Origin: Callorhinchus milii
Taxonomy: Eukaryota
Direction: 5' to 3'
NCBI RefSeq assembly: GCF_018977255.1
Contig: NW_024704752.1
Location: forward strand, 620,001-684,000
DNA: 64,000 bases
Part shown: positions 61,208 to 64,000 of the stretch, one piece after another
How the letters are laid out: each line of letters starts with the position of its first letter
How positions within the stretch are numbered: the stretch's first letter is position 1
Translations under genes and position numbers: made by a program
Notes under the pieces: model-generated
Told to the model about the DNA's origin: nothing
Databases searched by the model: none
What the model saw: only the letters and a program-made list of their open reading frames with translations

Positions 61208-64000
61208 ATGTTCAGCCCATATGTGTGGCTGCTCATTGCTTGTTGTGTTTGGGGATCCCAGGGAAAGCATTGCAGGCTCCAAGGCAAGTTCAATCTATCG
61301 GAAATATCCAAAGATGGCGATATTGTTTTAGGAGGTATCTTTGATGTACACGTTCATCCCTTTGAACAAATGAATACGTTCGTTACTGCTCCAGAAGAAA
61401 CAAAATGTAAAAGGTGAGCTCAGTAATGTTAGGGACCATCGTATGATCAGAATTTAATAATAATAATGATCCTTGCATTTGATACAGCGCCTTATCACAT
61501 CTTCGAGACGTCTCAAAGCGGTTCACAAGATATACTGTAAAGTGAATTGACTGCATATTTTGTGGGCGAAATGCGTCAGCCAATTGTGTACAGCAGTGTC
61601 CCACAAACTGTCATGGATTGAAATGACCAAATTATTATTATTACTATTGTGTTGAAGGAAATCTTACGCCCAGAAAGCGATCTGCCAATCGACTAATGAC
61701 CAGGTTCCTATTTAGTGCTGATAAACAGAGGAGTGTGGGGTAAGGAAACTTGCCCAACGTTTCGCCCTGCTCGCTAGTTCAACCAACGTCACTCGCTTGC
61801 AAGTCAAGTGCTCTAACTATTGAGCTGCAAAACTACAATAACAGCATTAACTGGGAAAGGATTTGAGGCTCAAATGGAAATTCAATCTATCCGAAATATC
61901 CATATTTCCGGCAGGGCAGTGTCTTGAAGGGCTTAACGGTAACTTATTGTGAGCCCTTTTGCTTGGGAGATGAGTTATTAAACCAAGACCTTGTCTGCTT
62001 GCTGAAGTGGGCATGAAAGATTTGCTGGGATTTTTGTAAAAGAGAAATGCTTTCAGACCTTCTTTACGTCACAGGCGCTATCACAAATACTAGGTTTATT
62101 ATTGTTCTTTTTGCCACATGGGCTATGTCAAATGCCAGATTAATTATTATTATTATTATTGTTGAATGCATTTGGTCCAATGAAAAGTAACATTACTTAC
62201 ATTTACAACAGCCCCTTTCACCTCGAGAGGACGTCTCAAAGTGATTCACTAGGTTTTCTGTGAAGTGTAGTGATTGTGGTCTCACAGGCCCATTGTTTTT
62301 AGAAAGCACCTTATTGAAGCTGACATACAATATACTGGACTCTGATATACCTGTAACATTAATGGTGGATTTCTCTTTCAGTTTCAATTTTAGAGCCTTC
62401 CGTCTGGTCAATACGATGATGTTTGCAATAGAGGAAATAAACCAGAACCCGGCACTGCTTCCTGATATTACTCTGGGATATAAGATTTATGATGATTGCG
62501 GATCTTCCAATATTGCCACTAAAGTAGCACTGAGCCTTGTGAACGGTCAAGGAGCAACAGAGGATGACCATAACTGTGAAGGACCTCCTAATGTCCCAGC
62601 TGTTGTTGGTGTTGCTGGATCCTCGGAGTCCATAGCTGTTGCAAGGTCAATTGGTCCATTCAGAATCCCAATGGTACGTTATCACATTCATATTGGTGCA
62701 AAGTCAGTTACCCTCCGAATAGAAAATAAATATTTAACATTTCACAAACATTTAAATCTAAAACCAATACAAATATTGTGGATTAAATAAATAAATTATG
62801 TATTCACCTCTGTTTTCTTTTATTTAATTGTAGCAAAAATAGAAATTGTTCTATTCTTCTTCAATTACTTACACATAGTTTGGTCTCTATCACTCCACCC
62901 TTTCTCCAAAAACAATGATGGCATCTTACTTAAGGAAGCCTCGTTGGTGATTAACTATAATGGAATGGTTGAGAATGGAATATTCATCAACAACAACCAC
63001 AACAAAATGACATTTATAGAGCGCCTTTCAGGTCGGGAGGACGTGCCAAAGTGCTGAAGAGTCAGGTGTCGGGGCCCAAGCATGGGGGAGGTGTGGAGTC
63101 GGGGTGAGGGAAGGCAGAGAGGTGGGAGGGAGACCTAAGGCATGGTCAAAGAGCAGGCTCTTGAGACTGGCCTTGAAGGAGGCAAGGGATGGCCTTCAAG
63201 GTGAGGACGAGGATCTTGAACTCGATCCTCTGACGGATGGGGAGAGAGGGTGGGACTGATGGGGTTACAGAGCCTGGTGCGTGAAAGTACATGAGCTTCA
63301 GTGTTTTGGATGATCTGCAGCTTGTGAAGGGAAGTATATGCAAAAAAAAATTTTCTAAATATTCTGATCCTAACTGTTTTCCGTCTAAATCTCTACTCAA
63401 CTGAAGGTCAGTTACTTATCCACATGCGTCTGTCTCAGTGACAGGAACGAATATCCCACCTTTTACAGAACCATACCCAGTGACTACCATCAGTCCAAGG
63501 CTTTAGCTCAAATCATTAAGAAGTTTGGATGGACGTGGATTGGGACTATCAGAAGCAACAATGACTATGGTAACTTTGGAATGCAGGCATTTGTAGACAT
63601 TGCGCAGGAACTTGGCATTTGCATTGCCTTCTCGGAATCATTTTATAGAACAGATCCACTTGAAAAGATAAGCAACATTGTAAATATAATTAAGTTATCG
63701 AACACAAAAGTTGTGGTGGCCTTTGCTGCCCGTACTGAAATGCAATTATTACTCAAAGAAGTAATACGACAAAACCTCACTGGAATACAGTGGGTGGGAA
63801 CTGAAGCCTGGATAACAGCCCAACTTATTGCCCCAAATGAAAGTGCGAGATTTCTTATTGGAGCAATTGGCCCAGCGATTCCTTCAGCAGAAGTAAAGGG
63901 ATTGCAGGAATTCCTTCTGAAAATTCATCCGTCTAAGTTTCCCGGAAATAGTTTAGTTAAGGAGTTTTGGGAAACTGCGTTCCAATGTAGTTTCTGGTCA
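61208..64000 (+). CDS. G8: V2R/OlfC-family class C GPCR, 5' part (runs off window)
   Basis: Exons 61208-61413, 62382-62673, 63407 to window end; open frame so far; paralog of G4/G6. Confidence 0.92.
61454..61835 (-). mobile_element. Full-length SINE in G8 intron 1
   Basis: Orthologous position to the G4/G6 copies. Confidence 0.9.
62988..63335 (-). mobile_element. L2 3' fragment in G8 intron 2
   Basis: [19 protein letters not shown] and a (ttg)n tail; absent from G4/G6 intron 2. Confidence 0.85.

Overview
Vertebrate genomic DNA, most likely a cartilaginous fish (inferred from the repeat content: a tRNA-headed Deu-type SINE, SacSINE1-like relics, CR1 and L2 LINEs). The window is part of a head-to-tail cluster of class C GPCR chemoreceptor genes (V2R/OlfC family), all on the + strand. 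It holds six complete 6-exon genes (G1-G6, 851-869 aa, all GT-AG, intron phases 2-0-0-0-1), one internally deleted copy (G7) and a gene cut by the window end (G8). The most notable structure is mosaicism. G2-G8 share nearly identical blocks (start of exon 3; rest of exon 3 + intron 3 + exon 4; CRD/7TM exons), while differences concentrate in short windows that align with class C ligand-pocket loops. G5 joins a divergent exon 1-2 head to the shared body. G7 could be spliced in frame into a mini-receptor through a repeat-derived acceptor. G1 is a divergent paralog lacking several canonical amino-acid-binding residues and cysteines. Other items are an inverted exon-3 fragment fused to a CR1, relic exon-1 copies, a gag remnant with a CCHC knuckle, a fold-back structure, Helentron-like units and a G-rich minisatellite born inside an L2. 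Coordinates were read by eye and no database searches were run.
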